Counted from the stretch's first letter, positions 18,462 through 29,113 are shown. The stretch is DNA of 64,000 nucleotides from Coleofasciculus sp. B1-GNL1-01 (GCA_040220235.1 JAVJTO010000044.1); one strand, 5' to 3'. Notes: generated from the letters alone by a model not told the origin. A program made the numbers and translations.

Positions 18462-18650
18462 ATGGAAGCCATCAATATAAAAGAAGAGGCACGACGATTG
18501 ATTGATAGATTGCCAGAGAATGCGACATGGGATGACTTAATGTATGAAATTTATGTCAGAGTCGCGATAGAAGCGGGACTTGCTGATAGTCAGGCGGGTA
18601 GAATAACCTCTGTGGAAACAGTGCGTCAGCAATTCGGATTACCAACGTGA
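18462..18650 (+). CDS. Putative antitoxin, 62 aa
   Basis: IKEEARRLIDRLPENATWDDLMYEIYVR.AIEAGLADS.AGR; its stop overlaps the GTG of a RelE/ParE gene. Confidence 0.75.
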   Translation: MEAINIKEEARRLIDRLPENATWDDLMYEIYVRVAIEAGLADSQAGRITSVETVRQQFGLPT

Positions 18651-18953
18651 AGGTTTTTTGGACAGACACAGCCGTCAAGCATCTTTCCGGGATTTATGCC
18701 TACATCGCCCAAAATTCACCTCAATATGGGCGTCGAATGGTTGATCGTCTGACGAGACGAGACGTTTGAACAGATTGCTGCGTTTCCGGCTTCAGGTCGA
18801 ATGGTGCCAGAGTTTGAGAGGGAAGAAATTCGTGAAATGATTGAGGGGTCTTATCGGATGATTTATTACATTAAACCTGAGCAAATCGATGTACTTGCTG
18901 TGATCCATGGTTCACAACAAATCACTGAAGATTATCGCCCATCATCGGAGTAA
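18647..18953 (+). pseudogene. RelE/ParE toxin, frameshifted
   Basis: MKVFWTDTAVKHLSGIYAYIAQNSP...LTRR, then in the +1 frame FEQIAAFPASGRMVPEFEREEIREMIEGSYRMIY..DVLAVIHG. The shift falls in gacgagacgagacg near 18750-18765. Confidence 0.8.
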
Positions 18954-18962
18954 AATATTCTG

Positions 18963-19333
18963 ATGATTCAACAGGCGATCGCACTCCTCAATCAGGTTGG
19001 CTTAGAACTTACGGCAGAAGAGATGCGCGGTTATCGCAGTACACAGGACGAGACTACCGACTTCCTAGTGAAGCGGAGTGGGAATATGCCTGTCGTGCTC
19101 GAACAACAAAACCGTTTCATTTTGGCGAAACGATTACTACGGATTTAGCCAATTACAACGGCAACTCTACTTTTGGTGAAGGTCATAAGGGTGAGTATCG
19201 TGAACAGACTACCCCAGTTGGGAGTTTTCAGGTAGCGAACGCCTTTGGCTTATTCGATATGCATGGAAATGTGTGGGAATGGTGTGCTGATCATTGGCAT
19301 GATAGTTATGAAGGTGCGGCGTGGACTCCTTAG
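18963..19333 (+). pseudogene. Decayed second FGE/CLec target gene: N-terminal stub fused out of frame to a copy of 14094..14388 + 14569..14583
   Basis: Near-identical to the 3' part of 12994..14583 (offset 4930) but lacking 180 bp. The 3' UTR is also duplicated to ~19380. Confidence 0.85.
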
Positions 19334-19865
19334 CCCTTGACACTTTTGCCCTTTTGCTCTCTGCCCTTTATTGTTTTCCTTAAAACTGATAGTTTAGCAT
19401 ACGCTTGTCCGGAAGACCCAAAGTTAGTCGTCACGCATAAGTCAAAAGGAACAAGTCAAAAGATGGAAGATTTAATATCTAAGTGTTATTGGTTTTGGAG
19501 AATTGCAGCGGATGATTCGATTACTGGGCTGGTGTTCTAGTTCCTCCGCGTACCTCTGCGCCACCCTCTGCGTCCTCTGCGTTAAAAAATATAATTCTGA
19601 TACCAACAGATTTGATATCACCTAATGTGTGGATGAGCAAAACCTAGGAAAAGGGCGGGTTTTGTTGAAAAGTTATCAGTGATATGTTTATTGAATCCCT
19701 AAACCCGCCCCTACAGTATTTCTAAACTAATAAACCCTGGCAATACTTCCTCCACTGAGTCTGGCAATTCCAGATGACTACTTTAGCAATTAAGCTGGCT
19801 TCTCGGATACCATCTTCTCCACCAAAATGCCAAACCGCTTATTGTTTACACTCCCCCACAACTAA

Positions 19866-21356
19866 CTACGAATCTAACTTAGGCAAACTGATGATATAAC
19901 GATCGCCTGATTCCGACAAACCCTGTACCGACAGTTTCCCGTGGTGGAGTTCGGCTAAATGACAACTGAGAAATAAGCCCAAACTTTCACGCGAATCGGT
20001 TTTCAGTAGCATTTCCCTCCCATTCACCATCAAGGTTTTGGACATGGAGACACTGGACAGAATGGGCGTTTTCAATGTCGCTGCACCGGGGGACTCAGCC
20101 TTACCGTTTTGCTTGTGCTTCTCGCTGTCTCGCCCCATTAAGGATACATCAGTTAATTCCTCATACACGGTGGGAACGCCTTCTCCTAGCCATGGATGAG
20201 ACACCCAAACCGCAATATTGAGCCTGTTTATTTTACGAGAAACATGAAGGCGAATTTCTCCTCCCGCTTCCGCCGAATAAATAACGCTGAGGATGACGTA
20301 GTACAGCATTTGCTGGGCTTTTTCCTTATCCAGCACCCAAAGCCGAGTTCCTGGTTCTATGGTCAAACGAATCTGTTGCTGATTTTGCTCAGCGGTTTCA
20401 ACCAGAGAATGAATTGCCTTTTGACAAAGCATTTCGATATCGACTGGACTCAAATTCAGATACGGTGGATTATTAATTTCATCGAACACATCCAGAGCCA
20501 TAATTTCCTCAACCAGGGAAACCAGATGCTGACCACTTTGATGGATAATTTCTAAATATTCTTTTTGTTTATCCGTTAGTTCACCATAAATTTGGCGATT
20601 GAGAACACTCGCCATGCCCATAATTGAGGTTAATGGTGTGCGGAGTTCTTGGGTTAGATGGGTGAGCAGTTGCAGCTTGATTGAGTGAGTTGAGCAGAAA
20701 GGAACAGAGGATTCGCTAACCCTACTCTGAGGGAAATTGGACTCATTGGGGGTTAGGGATTCACTCGAATGAGGAAAATCAGGTAGAATCGGGGTGTGCG
20801 ATCGCAACATCTTATTTCGCTCAAATTCACTCAGACACCATCGAGCAGTCATTGCCAGAAACTCACTATCTCTAGGGGTAAAAGAGCGAGGGACTAAATC
20901 CATCACCGCCAACGTCCCCAAGCACAATCCATCGGCTGTGAATAAAGGCGCTCCTAAATAAGCGCGGATACCGTAGTAACCCACAAGCAAACTTTGGGCA
21001 AAAACCGGATTACTTGCTGTATCGTGAATCGCTAAAACCTGCTGACTCTCGACAACATAGGTACAAAAACTTTCCTGACGTAACAATTGACGAGATTGGG
21101 CAAGGGGATTCATCAAACCCACCCTCGATAAACCCACGGCGGATTGAATTAAAAGTTGATCACTTGTCAGAAAACCCAACCAACCGATAGGAACCTCTAA
21201 AAATCGCACCGCCGTCTGAGTCGCTTCCTGGAAAACGGCGATCCCTTCAGCTTCCAGTAAACCGAGTTCGTGGAGAGTCGCAAGCCGTTTCTGGTCTTGT
21301 GCGGTTGAGTTCAAACCATTCAGATGACAACCAAGTCTCGTTTCCAACTCTGCCAT
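19866..21356 (-). CDS. GAF-domain sensor histidine kinase-like protein (degenerate H-box TQELRTPL)
   Basis: GAF motifs (RLATL..LGLL, SFCTYVV, GIRAYLGAPL), HisKA-like ELRTPLTSIMG and a degenerate HATPase. Start at MAELE is inferred. Confidence 0.8.
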   Translation of the reverse strand: MAELETRLGCHLNGLNSTAQDQKRLATLHELGLLEAEGIAVFQEATQTAVRFLEVPIGWLGFLTSDQLLIQSAVGLSRVGLMNPLAQSRQLLRQESFCTYVVESQQVLAIHDTASNPVFAQSLLVGYYGIRAYLGAPLFTADGLCLGTLAVMDLVPRSFTPRDSEFLAMTARWCLSEFERNKMLRSHTPILPDFPHSSESLTPNESNFPQSRVSESSVPFCSTHSIKLQLLTHLTQELRTPLTSIMGMASVLNRQIYGELTDKQKEYLEIIHQSGQHLVSLVEEIMALDVFDEINNPPYLNLSPVDIEMLCQKAIHSLVETAEQNQQQIRLTIEPGTRLWVLDKEKAQQMLYYVILSVIYSAEAGGEIRLHVSRKINRLNIAVWVSHPWLGEGVPTVYEELTDVSLMGRDSEKHKQNGKAESPGAATLKTPILSSVSMSKTLMVNGREMLLKTDSRESLGLFLSCHLAELHHGKLSVQGLSESGDRYIISLPKLDS

Positions 21357-21688
21357 AACTCCCCTTTGCCTATAGACTCTAGAAATAGACCAATTCAACG
21401 TATCTAAGCCAACCCCTAGTGTTACGCTTCATACATAAGGTTCCCCTGTGAGGTAGAAAAACCAACATAATTTGTAAAAGCATGTAGAGACGTGCCATGG
21501 CACGTCTGGGGACAGGGGAAGCGGGGGAAGCGGGGGGAGTAGGCGAAGATAAGGGAGAGGGAGATAGGTAATATGAGGGCGCTAACTCAAAACCAAGAAG
21601 CGAAAAGTCAAAACCAGGTTCCCTTGAGCCAAGCGAAGGGTCAAAACTCAAAACTTCCCCAATCCCCTTAAATGGCAAACTGGAAATA

Positions 21689-23431
21689 ATGCAAGTCCAG
21701 AACTTTCTCACTCGTTATCGCCAAGGAGACCGTGATTTTGCCCAGGTTGACCTGAGTGGTGTTAACCTGAAGGGGGCAGATTTGCGGACGATTAACTTAA
21801 GTGGGGCTAACCTGACGAATGCGAACCTCAGTTGGGCATCCCTTGACTACGCGAATCTCAGTGGTGCTTGTCTGCATCAGACAGATTTACATAACGCGAT
21901 CCTAAAACATAGTAATCTTAACCAAGCCATCTTGACCCGTGCAAATCTCAGCAAGGTGGATGGGCAATCCGCTAGTCTTTGCCAAGCCAATTTAAGTTGG
22001 GTAGAAGCCCCCTATTGTAACTTGAGTGGTGCAAACCTCCAGGCAGCCCAGTTGAATCATAGTAATCTTACAGAGGCTACCCTGGATAAAACTCAGCTAA
22101 TTAGCACACAGTTAATGGCGGCTAACCTCTACCAAGCCAGTCTCATTGCTGCCAATCTTACCACAGCCAACCTGCGGGAAGTTCTACTAGAGAGAGCCAA
22201 TTTACGAGACGCGATATTAGTCGGTGCGACATTAACCGAAGCGAACCTGCGTCAGGCTTGTTTGCGCTGTGCCAACCTGACTCAGGCAGAACTCTATCGA
22301 GCTATTTTAACCGATGCCGATCTCAGTGAAGTCACAGGCGATCGCGTAAATTTGAGTCGGGCAAATCTGATGGGGGCGTATTTACTCAGAGCCAGCTTAG
22401 TGAACGCTAATTTGCGACGCACGGTTCTCCAAAATGTTTATTGTTTACAGACGAATTTGACATCGGCTAATCTGCAAGGGGCGGATTTACGACAGGCTGA
22501 TTTAAGTGGGGCTTATTTAAATGAAACGATTTTAACCGAGGCAAATTTAACCGATGCCTATTTGATTGGTAGTTATTTAATTCGCCCCCAACTTGAGCAA
22601 GCCCAACTCACTGGATGCTGTATCCACAACTGGCATTTAGAAGAGGTAGATTTGACAAACGTGAATTGTCGTTACCTCTTTACCCAGTTTAATTGGGAAA
22701 CGAAAACCCCGAATAAACGCTATCCGCCTACAGGTGATTTGATACCGGGACAACTGAGTCAAGAGAAAACGACTGATTTGCTCTTAATCGAGGTTCCTTT
22801 CTTAGAAATGCCAAATAGAGAGGTATTGGTATTTACTCTCGCCCAAGTGGAGCAGGAATATCCTGATCTAAAACTGTCGCTGAAAGCCTTGAGTAGAGAA
22901 TTCGATCACTATATTCTTCACCTATCGGCAAAACAGGGAGTCAATCCCCAAGCGGTGAACCAACGCATCCTGCAAGTTTATCCCCAGATGTACCAACGTT
23001 TTGCCCATCACCGTCACAGAATTTGGCAATTACTAGAGATAGATAAGTCAGGAGCCTCCCAGGTCAACTCGTCGTTAAATTCGGCTACTTCACCCAATCC
23101 AACTCAAGTTTTAGCCAATAATCGCCGCCGTATCTATAAGGAAGTTATTCATCAAATCCAACAAATTATTCTATTCCAGCCGCCTGATAAATGCGCCGAA
23201 GGTATACAGCGACTGTTAGATTTTTTACGTCAACAGAATATTCCCACCCAAGATATTGTGCAAAAAATCATTCGTCAAGCCATGCTCAGGCGGGCGAAAC
23301 GCGATCCTTTATTTCAAACCCAGTTATTAGCATGGGAAAAAACGGCGGATCAATCGGCTCGTCTGTCTTTAACCGGGCAAGCCATGCATAGTGCGATCGC
23401 GCTGATCCTGTCTCAAGTCCAGCCCCCTTAG
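21689..23431 (+). CDS. Pentapeptide repeat protein
   Basis: Long A(D/N)LxxA repeat array followed by a LTGCCIHNW cap and a C-terminal domain. Confidence 0.92.
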   Translation: MQVQNFLTRYRQGDRDFAQVDLSGVNLKGADLRTINLSGANLTNANLSWASLDYANLSGACLHQTDLHNAILKHSNLNQAILTRANLSKVDGQSASLCQANLSWVEAPYCNLSGANLQAAQLNHSNLTEATLDKTQLISTQLMAANLYQASLIAANLTTANLREVLLERANLRDAILVGATLTEANLRQACLRCANLTQAELYRAILTDADLSEVTGDRVNLSRANLMGAYLLRASLVNANLRRTVLQNVYCLQTNLTSANLQGADLRQADLSGAYLNETILTEANLTDAYLIGSYLIRPQLEQAQLTGCCIHNWHLEEVDLTNVNCRYLFTQFNWETKTPNKRYPPTGDLIPGQLSQEKTTDLLLIEVPFLEMPNREVLVFTLAQVEQEYPDLKLSLKALSREFDHYILHLSAKQGVNPQAVNQRILQVYPQMYQRFAHHRHRIWQLLEIDKSGASQVNSSLNSATSPNPTQVLANNRRRIYKEVIHQIQQIILFQPPDKCAEGIQRLLDFLRQQNIPTQDIVQKIIRQAMLRRAKRDPLFQTQLLAWEKTADQSARLSLTGQAMHSAIALILSQVQPP

Positions 23432-23519
23432 ACAACCATCCCTGACTTAATTACGAATTAGGGCTTGTTGCCAAAACCGGAAAAAAAAGCATTTGTCTAA
23501 GGAAAAGCTTAACTAACAC

Positions 23520-23548
23520 TTGACAAATAAGCGAATTTTCAGTATAAG
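23520..23548 (+). promoter_or_regulatory. Sigma70-type promoter candidate TTGACA-17-TATAAG
   Basis: Near-consensus hexamers with 17-nt spacing, upstream of the IS and metK. Confidence 0.5.
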
Positions 23549-23703
23549 AATGATCAGTCTTAGGTGAGAGAGGCGGTAAAGTTTTTTTAACATTCAACAG
23601 TTCTGGATGGAGAATAGAGCAAATTCTGTTAAAGTTCTGTGATCAGTGGGTAATCCCCTCTCTGTATCGTGTATGATAACAAGCTACAACCCTCAGGAAC
23701 TAT

Positions 23704-25260
23704 CAAAACCGAGGCTGAGAACCCCCGTGTTTTAACCGGGGGATGAAAGCCTCGACAAGGTTTTAACCTTGCGTCTCCTGTGGCTTTCCTTGTGCAGATT
23801 CCTATTTTATAGGAAATAATAAAGGGGGTGATTAAACTGTATAGAACCATTCCAATTAAAGCCAAGTTTACTGATGAAGAGAAAGCGTACCATCTAGACC
23901 AATGCCAGAATGCTAATAGCTTAATTAATTGTGCAATTTATCACACCAGGCAGACTCATTATCAGTGGAGAGAGGAGCAATCTAACGCTTTTTCTGTCTA
24001 TTGGCGGGGTGATGAGTTGCGTTGTGGGTGGAAGCTGTACAAATGTCGTACAACTTACCCAGAGTTAGATAAGGCGCTTAAACTTAACCCACATTACAAA
24101 GCGTTAGCCGCCCAAGCTGCACAGCAAACATTAAAGTCTGTAGGTGAATCAATCAAAAGCTACAACAGCTTGGTTGACGCCTATTACCAGGGGGAGGTTA
24201 ACCGCCCATCGTTACCTGGCTACAGAAAGAAAGGTGGCTTGGCTGCGGTAACTTTTCCCAGGCAGGCTCTAACTTACAAAGATGGGTGTTTTAGCCCGTC
24301 CATTAGCCGAGAAACTAAGCCTGAACTAATCACTCAGATTGAGTTACCATTGCCAGAGTTTATTGACTCAGATTGGGTTAAAGAGGTAACGATTCGTCCT
24401 TGCTTAGGTGAGCTTTGGATTGATTGGATAATAGATGACGGGAAGGAACCCATCAAGGTCAACCCTAACTTGGATTACTCTCAAGCCTGGGGATTTGACC
24501 ACGGTGGCACTAATTGGTTAACCGGAGTATCAACCCACGGGGAAAGTCTGATCATTGACGGGCGTAAGCTCAAGTCGATGAATCAAGGGTATTGCCGCTT
24601 AGTTGCCAAGTATAAGCATGGCAAGTCCGAATTTTACTGGGATACCAATTTAGACCGAGTGCAACGTAAGCGAAATAACCAGATGAGGGATGCCATTAAC
24701 AAGGCAGCTAGATTTATCGTTAATCGGTGTTTGGTTGACGGCATTGGTAATCTGGTTATCGGCTGGAATGAGGGACAAAAAAACGGTTCCCAGATTGGGA
24801 AACGGGGAAACCAAAACTTTATGCCCATTCCCACGGGGAGGTTAATTGAACGCCTCAAACAGCTTTGTACAGAGTATGGGATTGTGTTGACCCTGACAGA
24901 AGAAGCATATACCAGCCAAGCATCATTCTTAGATGGTGATTCGTTACCGAAACACGGTGAGAAACCCCAAAGGTGGACACCATCGGGGAAAAGAGTGAAA
25001 CGTGGACTGTATAAAGCATCTGGCAATCAGCTAGTTAACGCTGATTGCAATGGGGCGGGGAATATACTCAGAAAAGTAGCCACACAGCTAGGGTTAAATC
25101 TAGCCAAGGTGGGTAGAGGTAGCTTGACACTGCCAAAACGGTATGACTTGTTTTCTAAGCTAAAACGATCATATCGTGAGAAATGTGAAGCGACAGTCTT
25201 TCAAGCTGTCGCGTAGCATCAACTCAGAATCCACTCTCTTTTAAGGAGTGGAGATGTCAA
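23704..25260 (+). mobile_element. IS200/IS605-family TnpB-only element (IS1341-like)
   Basis: Left subterminal hairpin CGAGGCT..CCCCG..CGGGG..AGCCTCG (23710-23754); right hairpin TCCACTC..GAGTGGA followed by TCAA (25260); no tnpA. The left boundary is approximate. Confidence 0.8.
23828..25216 (+). CDS. tnpB: RNA-guided endonuclease TnpB
   Basis: AQAAQQTLKSVGES, RuvC-I GFDHGGTNW, LVIGWN, TEEAYTS and RuvC-III NADCNGAGNI motifs. Confidence 0.92.
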   Translation: MIKLYRTIPIKAKFTDEEKAYHLDQCQNANSLINCAIYHTRQTHYQWREEQSNAFSVYWRGDELRCGWKLYKCRTTYPELDKALKLNPHYKALAAQAAQQTLKSVGESIKSYNSLVDAYYQGEVNRPSLPGYRKKGGLAAVTFPRQALTYKDGCFSPSISRETKPELITQIELPLPEFIDSDWVKEVTIRPCLGELWIDWIIDDGKEPIKVNPNLDYSQAWGFDHGGTNWLTGVSTHGESLIIDGRKLKSMNQGYCRLVAKYKHGKSEFYWDTNLDRVQRKRNNQMRDAINKAARFIVNRCLVDGIGNLVIGWNEGQKNGSQIGKRGNQNFMPIPTGRLIERLKQLCTEYGIVLTLTEEAYTSQASFLDGDSLPKHGEKPQRWTPSGKRVKRGLYKASGNQLVNADCNGAGNILRKVATQLGLNLAKVGRGSLTLPKRYDLFSKLKRSYREKCEATVFQAVA

Positions 25261-25310
25261 CCTAAACCCTTAATTCAGTGTAGCTGCCGTTTCTTAAGGA
25301 GATTAGTCCA

Positions 25311-26567
25311 TTGCCTCGTCGCTACCTATTCACGTCTGAATCGGTTACAGAAGGTCATCCCGATAAAATCTGTGATCAGATTTCCGATACGATCTTAGAT
25401 GCTCTACTCACCCAAGACAACCGCAGCCGTGTTGCCGCAGAAGTGGTAGTTAATACCGGATTGGTCTTGATTACGGGTGAAATTACCTCCCAAGCCAATG
25501 TAAATTACGTTGATATAGCCCGCAAAAAAATTGCCGAAATCGGCTATACCGACGCAGATAACGGCTTCTCAGCCAATAGCTGTTCTGTCTTAGTCGCCCT
25601 GGATGAACAATCTCCAGATATTTCCCAAGGTGTCACCACCGCCCAGGAAACGCGAGAAAAGTTGAGTGACGATGAACTCGATGCGATTGGTGCCGGGGAT
25701 CAAGGGTTGATGTTTGGTTTTGCCTGCAACGAAACCCCCGAACTTATGCCCATGCCCCTGAGTCTGGCACATCGCTTGTCTCGGCAGTTAACCGCTGTCC
25801 GTAAGTCAGGACAGTTGCCTTACCTGCGTCCCGATGGCAAAACCCAAGTGACGGTACTCTACGAAGATGGCAAACCCATCGGTATTGATACCATCTTAAT
25901 CTCGACCCAACACACCGCCACCATTGGTGAGATTACCAGTGAAGCGGCTGTCCGAGACAAAATTAAAGAGGATCTCTGGTCAGCAGTGGTTGAACCCGCG
26001 TTTGGAGATATTGAGATTAAGCCCGATAATAATACCCGTTTCTTAGTCAACCCCACCGGGAAATTTGTGATTGGTGGACCTCAAGGGGATTCAGGTCTCA
26101 CGGGGCGAAAAATCATTATTGATACCTACGGTGGCTATTCCCGTCACGGCGGCGGCGCATTTTCGGGCAAAGACCCCACCAAGGTAGACCGTTCGGCAGC
26201 CTATGCTTGTCGTTATGTTGCCAAAAATATTGTGGCAGCCGGTTTAGCCGAAAAGTGCGAAGTTCAACTCAGTTATGCCATTGGTGTTGCCCACCCTGTC
26301 AGTATTATGGTGGAAACCTTTGGTACGGGTAAAGTTGAAGAAGAAAAATTGCTAGAACTGGTACAACAGCATTTTGAACTGCGTCCAGCCGGGATTATTC
26401 AAGCCTTTAATCTGCTGGAACTCCCTAAATTAAGAGGGGGTCGCTTCTATCAAGATGTCGCGGCTTATGGTCATTTTGGACGTCCTAATTTGGATTTGCC
26501 TTGGGAACATACCGATAAAGCGGAACTCCTTAAAGAAGCCCTCAAACCATCGTTAGCCAGCGTGTAA
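25311..26567 (+). CDS. metK: S-adenosylmethionine synthetase
   Basis: [35 protein letters not shown] motifs. Confidence 0.99.
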   Translation: MPRRYLFTSESVTEGHPDKICDQISDTILDALLTQDNRSRVAAEVVVNTGLVLITGEITSQANVNYVDIARKKIAEIGYTDADNGFSANSCSVLVALDEQSPDISQGVTTAQETREKLSDDELDAIGAGDQGLMFGFACNETPELMPMPLSLAHRLSRQLTAVRKSGQLPYLRPDGKTQVTVLYEDGKPIGIDTILISTQHTATIGEITSEAAVRDKIKEDLWSAVVEPAFGDIEIKPDNNTRFLVNPTGKFVIGGPQGDSGLTGRKIIIDTYGGYSRHGGGAFSGKDPTKVDRSAAYACRYVAKNIVAAGLAEKCEVQLSYAIGVAHPVSIMVETFGTGKVEEEKLLELVQQHFELRPAGIIQAFNLLELPKLRGGRFYQDVAAYGHFGRPNLDLPWEHTDKAELLKEALKPSLASV

Positions 26568-26586
26568 GCCGATTAATTTAATAGTT

Positions 26587-26618
26587 AGATCCCCGATTCT
26601 TGAAGAAGTCGGGGATCT
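26587..26618. terminator. Inverted repeat after metK (terminator or dispersed repeat)
   Basis: AGATCCCCGA...TCGGGGATCT stem, 20 nt after the stop codon. Confidence 0.5.
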
Positions 26619-26762
26619 GAAGAAGTTGGGGATATGTGCAAGAGTAGGAATTGATTTTTTAGGCTCTATCAGAAAAGATTTCCATCTATTGATAGATGCG
26701 TCTTCGCAACGTTTCAACTAGCTTGAGAGTGAGAATTAAAGAAAAGAAGGACAAGTTAAAGT

Positions 26763-27017
26763 ATGGCAGCTTCAAATCCGCTCAAAGGCACTGATTTAGT
26801 TGATTGTGCTAAAGCGAACGCCAAGCAAGGACCCGAAACAGCAGCGAAACTCTGTGGCTACGGAGACGATATCTCAACCTTTACAGCGGAACTCAAGAAA
26901 GCCTGTGAGGGTATGGGTATCGAAATTGATCAAGTCAGCGATTTAATGACTGAGCAGCAGGCTCGAATTAAAGGTGACACTGAAGTTATTGCTCCGGAAA
27001 CACCAACCAACCTTTAA
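26763..27017 (+). CDS. Small hypothetical protein
   Basis: 84 aa with AAGGA upstream; PLKGTDLVDCAKANA...AAKLCGYG looks like a real conserved protein. Confidence 0.7.
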   Translation: MAASNPLKGTDLVDCAKANAKQGPETAAKLCGYGDDISTFTAELKKACEGMGIEIDQVSDLMTEQQARIKGDTEVIAPETPTNL

Positions 27018-27258
27018 GAGTGGGAGAGTGGGAGAGTGGGTGCATAGTGTAGATTTTTTACTGTATGGCGGCGACGCTTACTTAGTGGACAAGATGACTT
27101 GCTGGCGAAAAACGTACAAAAGTCGGGGGAAGGTGACAAAAATATAAATGGAAGCTTAGTTGTTCCCGAAAAATCTTCCTAGTCTACTTTCCTTGTTTGT
27201 CTCATGCTTATCCCTCTCACCCCATCACCCCATCACCCCCTCACCCCATCTCTAAACC

Positions 27259-28446
27259 TTAAACCTTCGCCGTTTCTGCAAAGCGAATCTTGAGATAATC
27301 TTCCTCAATCTTGGCACCAGCAGGTTTCAGTGCAGCTAAGGCTTGCGGGAGGACAAGATTGCGGCGGTGATTGCCAATCCGTACATTTAGCTCATCGCCT
27401 GTTTTATTCAATTGGATATGGTCTTTCGGTATACCGGGTAGATACAGTTCTAAACTATACTCGTTTTCGTTTTGAACAACCCGAATTGTGTTTTCCTGGT
27501 AGTAAACCTGAGTTGGGTCTTCGTCTGCATACAAGGTTTGCTTGAGTCGTTCTAGCGCCTCAAGTCCGCACATCTCTTCCGCAAAGAGGGGAACTTCTTT
27601 AACCGGAAGCGGACTAAAGTTTTGGTGGATTTCCTGGCGATATTCTTGCTGATGTTCTTTCCAATGTTGGAAGAAGGGGTCGGTTACTTGGTCGGGGATA
27701 ATCCGATTGGCAACGACTAAATCGGTGGAAACATTGTACAAGCTGAGGTAGGCGTGGGCGCGGAGGGATTCTTTAATCACCATTTTTTCCGGATTGGTGA
27801 TTAAGCGGACTGAGGTTTTGGTGTTATCAGTAAGAACCTTTTCAAGCTGTTCAATTTGCTCGTAGAATTCATAAGGAGCATCCATTACCTCATTATCAGG
27901 TAACGAAAATCCCGCGATGGGTTTGAACAGGGGTTCAACCAGGGGTCTCAACGCCACGGACATTTTTTGCAGGGGTTTATAAAAGCGACGCATATACCAC
28001 CCTCCCACTTCCGGTAAGCTGAGAAGCCGCAGTGCGGTTCCCGTGGGTGCTGAATCAATAATTAGCACCTCGTACTCCCCTTCGTCATAGTGACGCTTCA
28101 TCCGCACCAGACCGAAAATTTCATCCATTCCCGGAAGAATCGCTAATTCTTCCGCCTGAACCCCTTCTAGTCCCCGTGCTTGCAGTACCTGGGTAATATA
28201 GCGCTTCACCGCCCCCCAGTTTCCTTCCAATTCCATCAGCGCATCCAGTTCCGCCCCCCAAAGGTTAGGATGAACGAGTCGGGGTTCGTGACTGAGTTCC
28301 AGGTCGAAACTATCAGCGAGGGAATGAGCGGGATCTGTACTCAGCACTAAGGTTTTATAACCCAATTCGGCACAACGCAGACCTGTGGCTGCGGCTACGG
28401 AGGTTTTACCGACTCCGCCTTTGCCTGTCATCAAAATTACTCGCAT
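27259..28446 (-). CDS. ArsA/GET3/TRC40 family ATPase with C-terminal HSP20-like domain
   Basis: [24 protein letters not shown] and a C-terminal alpha-crystallin-like segment. Confidence 0.92.
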   Translation of the reverse strand: MRVILMTGKGGVGKTSVAAATGLRCAELGYKTLVLSTDPAHSLADSFDLELSHEPRLVHPNLWGAELDALMELEGNWGAVKRYITQVLQARGLEGVQAEELAILPGMDEIFGLVRMKRHYDEGEYEVLIIDSAPTGTALRLLSLPEVGGWYMRRFYKPLQKMSVALRPLVEPLFKPIAGFSLPDNEVMDAPYEFYEQIEQLEKVLTDNTKTSVRLITNPEKMVIKESLRAHAYLSLYNVSTDLVVANRIIPDQVTDPFFQHWKEHQQEYRQEIHQNFSPLPVKEVPLFAEEMCGLEALERLKQTLYADEDPTQVYYQENTIRVVQNENEYSLELYLPGIPKDHIQLNKTGDELNVRIGNHRRNLVLPQALAALKPAGAKIEEDYLKIRFAETAKV

Positions 28447-28499
28447 AGATAATTTCGCTCACCTGAGAAACCTTTACATTTATTTACTGTATCGGGTTT

Positions 28500-28883
28500 T
28501 CACCGAAACAGTTGCTTGAGAACATTCAAGCGGGGGATATCCCAATAATCGATATGGGAAGAAATTAGTCCATCTGCATTTAGACGTAATTCGCTCCAAC
28601 CGGGGATAGAAATTCGTGGTTTCCAGGGGAGGGGTGTTGTCCAGCTTAAAGTCCAGCGCGTTTTGATGGTATCGCCGGATTGGGAAATGTCGTGTAGGTC
28701 GAGTTGGGGATTGATGAACCAGGTTTGGATGAATCCCAGCATTTGTTTGTAGCGATCAAGTCCCCGGAACTCGTTGAGGGGGTCTTTGAAAAAGACATTG
28801 TTGGCGTAGATGCTGTAGGTTTGGTCAACGGGAAAGCGTTGATAGTCCTGTTTGAGGATTTCAATAATGTCTCTATTTGTCAT
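28500..28883 (-). CDS. DUF2358 / SnoaL-like (NTF2 fold) protein
   Basis: YA.NVFFKDPLNEFRG..RY, TRWTLSW..PLPWKP and SHIDYW motifs. Confidence 0.8.
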   Translation of the reverse strand: MTNRDIIEILKQDYQRFPVDQTYSIYANNVFFKDPLNEFRGLDRYKQMLGFIQTWFINPQLDLHDISQSGDTIKTRWTLSWTTPLPWKPRISIPGWSELRLNADGLISSHIDYWDIPRLNVLKQLFR

Positions 28884-28966
28884 TTATTATCGCTGAGATG
28901 TTATTTTTTTTACGATACCATACGTAGTCGGACACAATTCAACTTAAGCGTGAGGACAAGAGAACA

Positions 28967-28992
28967 GGGAATAGGGAATAGGGAATAGGGAA
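28967..28992 (+). repeat. Heptamer tandem repeat (GGGAATA)n, STRR-like
   Basis: gggaatagggaatagggaatagggaa; similar short tandem repeats at ~4910 (TGACTAA), ~27220 (CCCCATCA) and ~41555 (CCCCCATCT). Confidence 0.8.
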
Positions 28993-29113
28993 CAGTTAGG
29001 ATTTGCTCTTAGTCCAGCGCACCGAATGCATATCCAGATAATTCCGATAATAGTAAACTCATCCCACTGAGTCTTTGATGTGGAATGAGTTTAAAAGTTG
29101 ACTAAAGGTTTAT

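Noticed and set aside
19024..19380. Possible DGR template repeat (TR)
   Set aside because: It lacks the VR-equivalent segment entirely, and its differences from the gene are not adenine-specific; it is a decayed paralog.
25261..25310. SAM riboswitch upstream of metK
   Set aside because: No SAM riboswitch consensus was seen; the nearby hairpins are explained by the IS ends.
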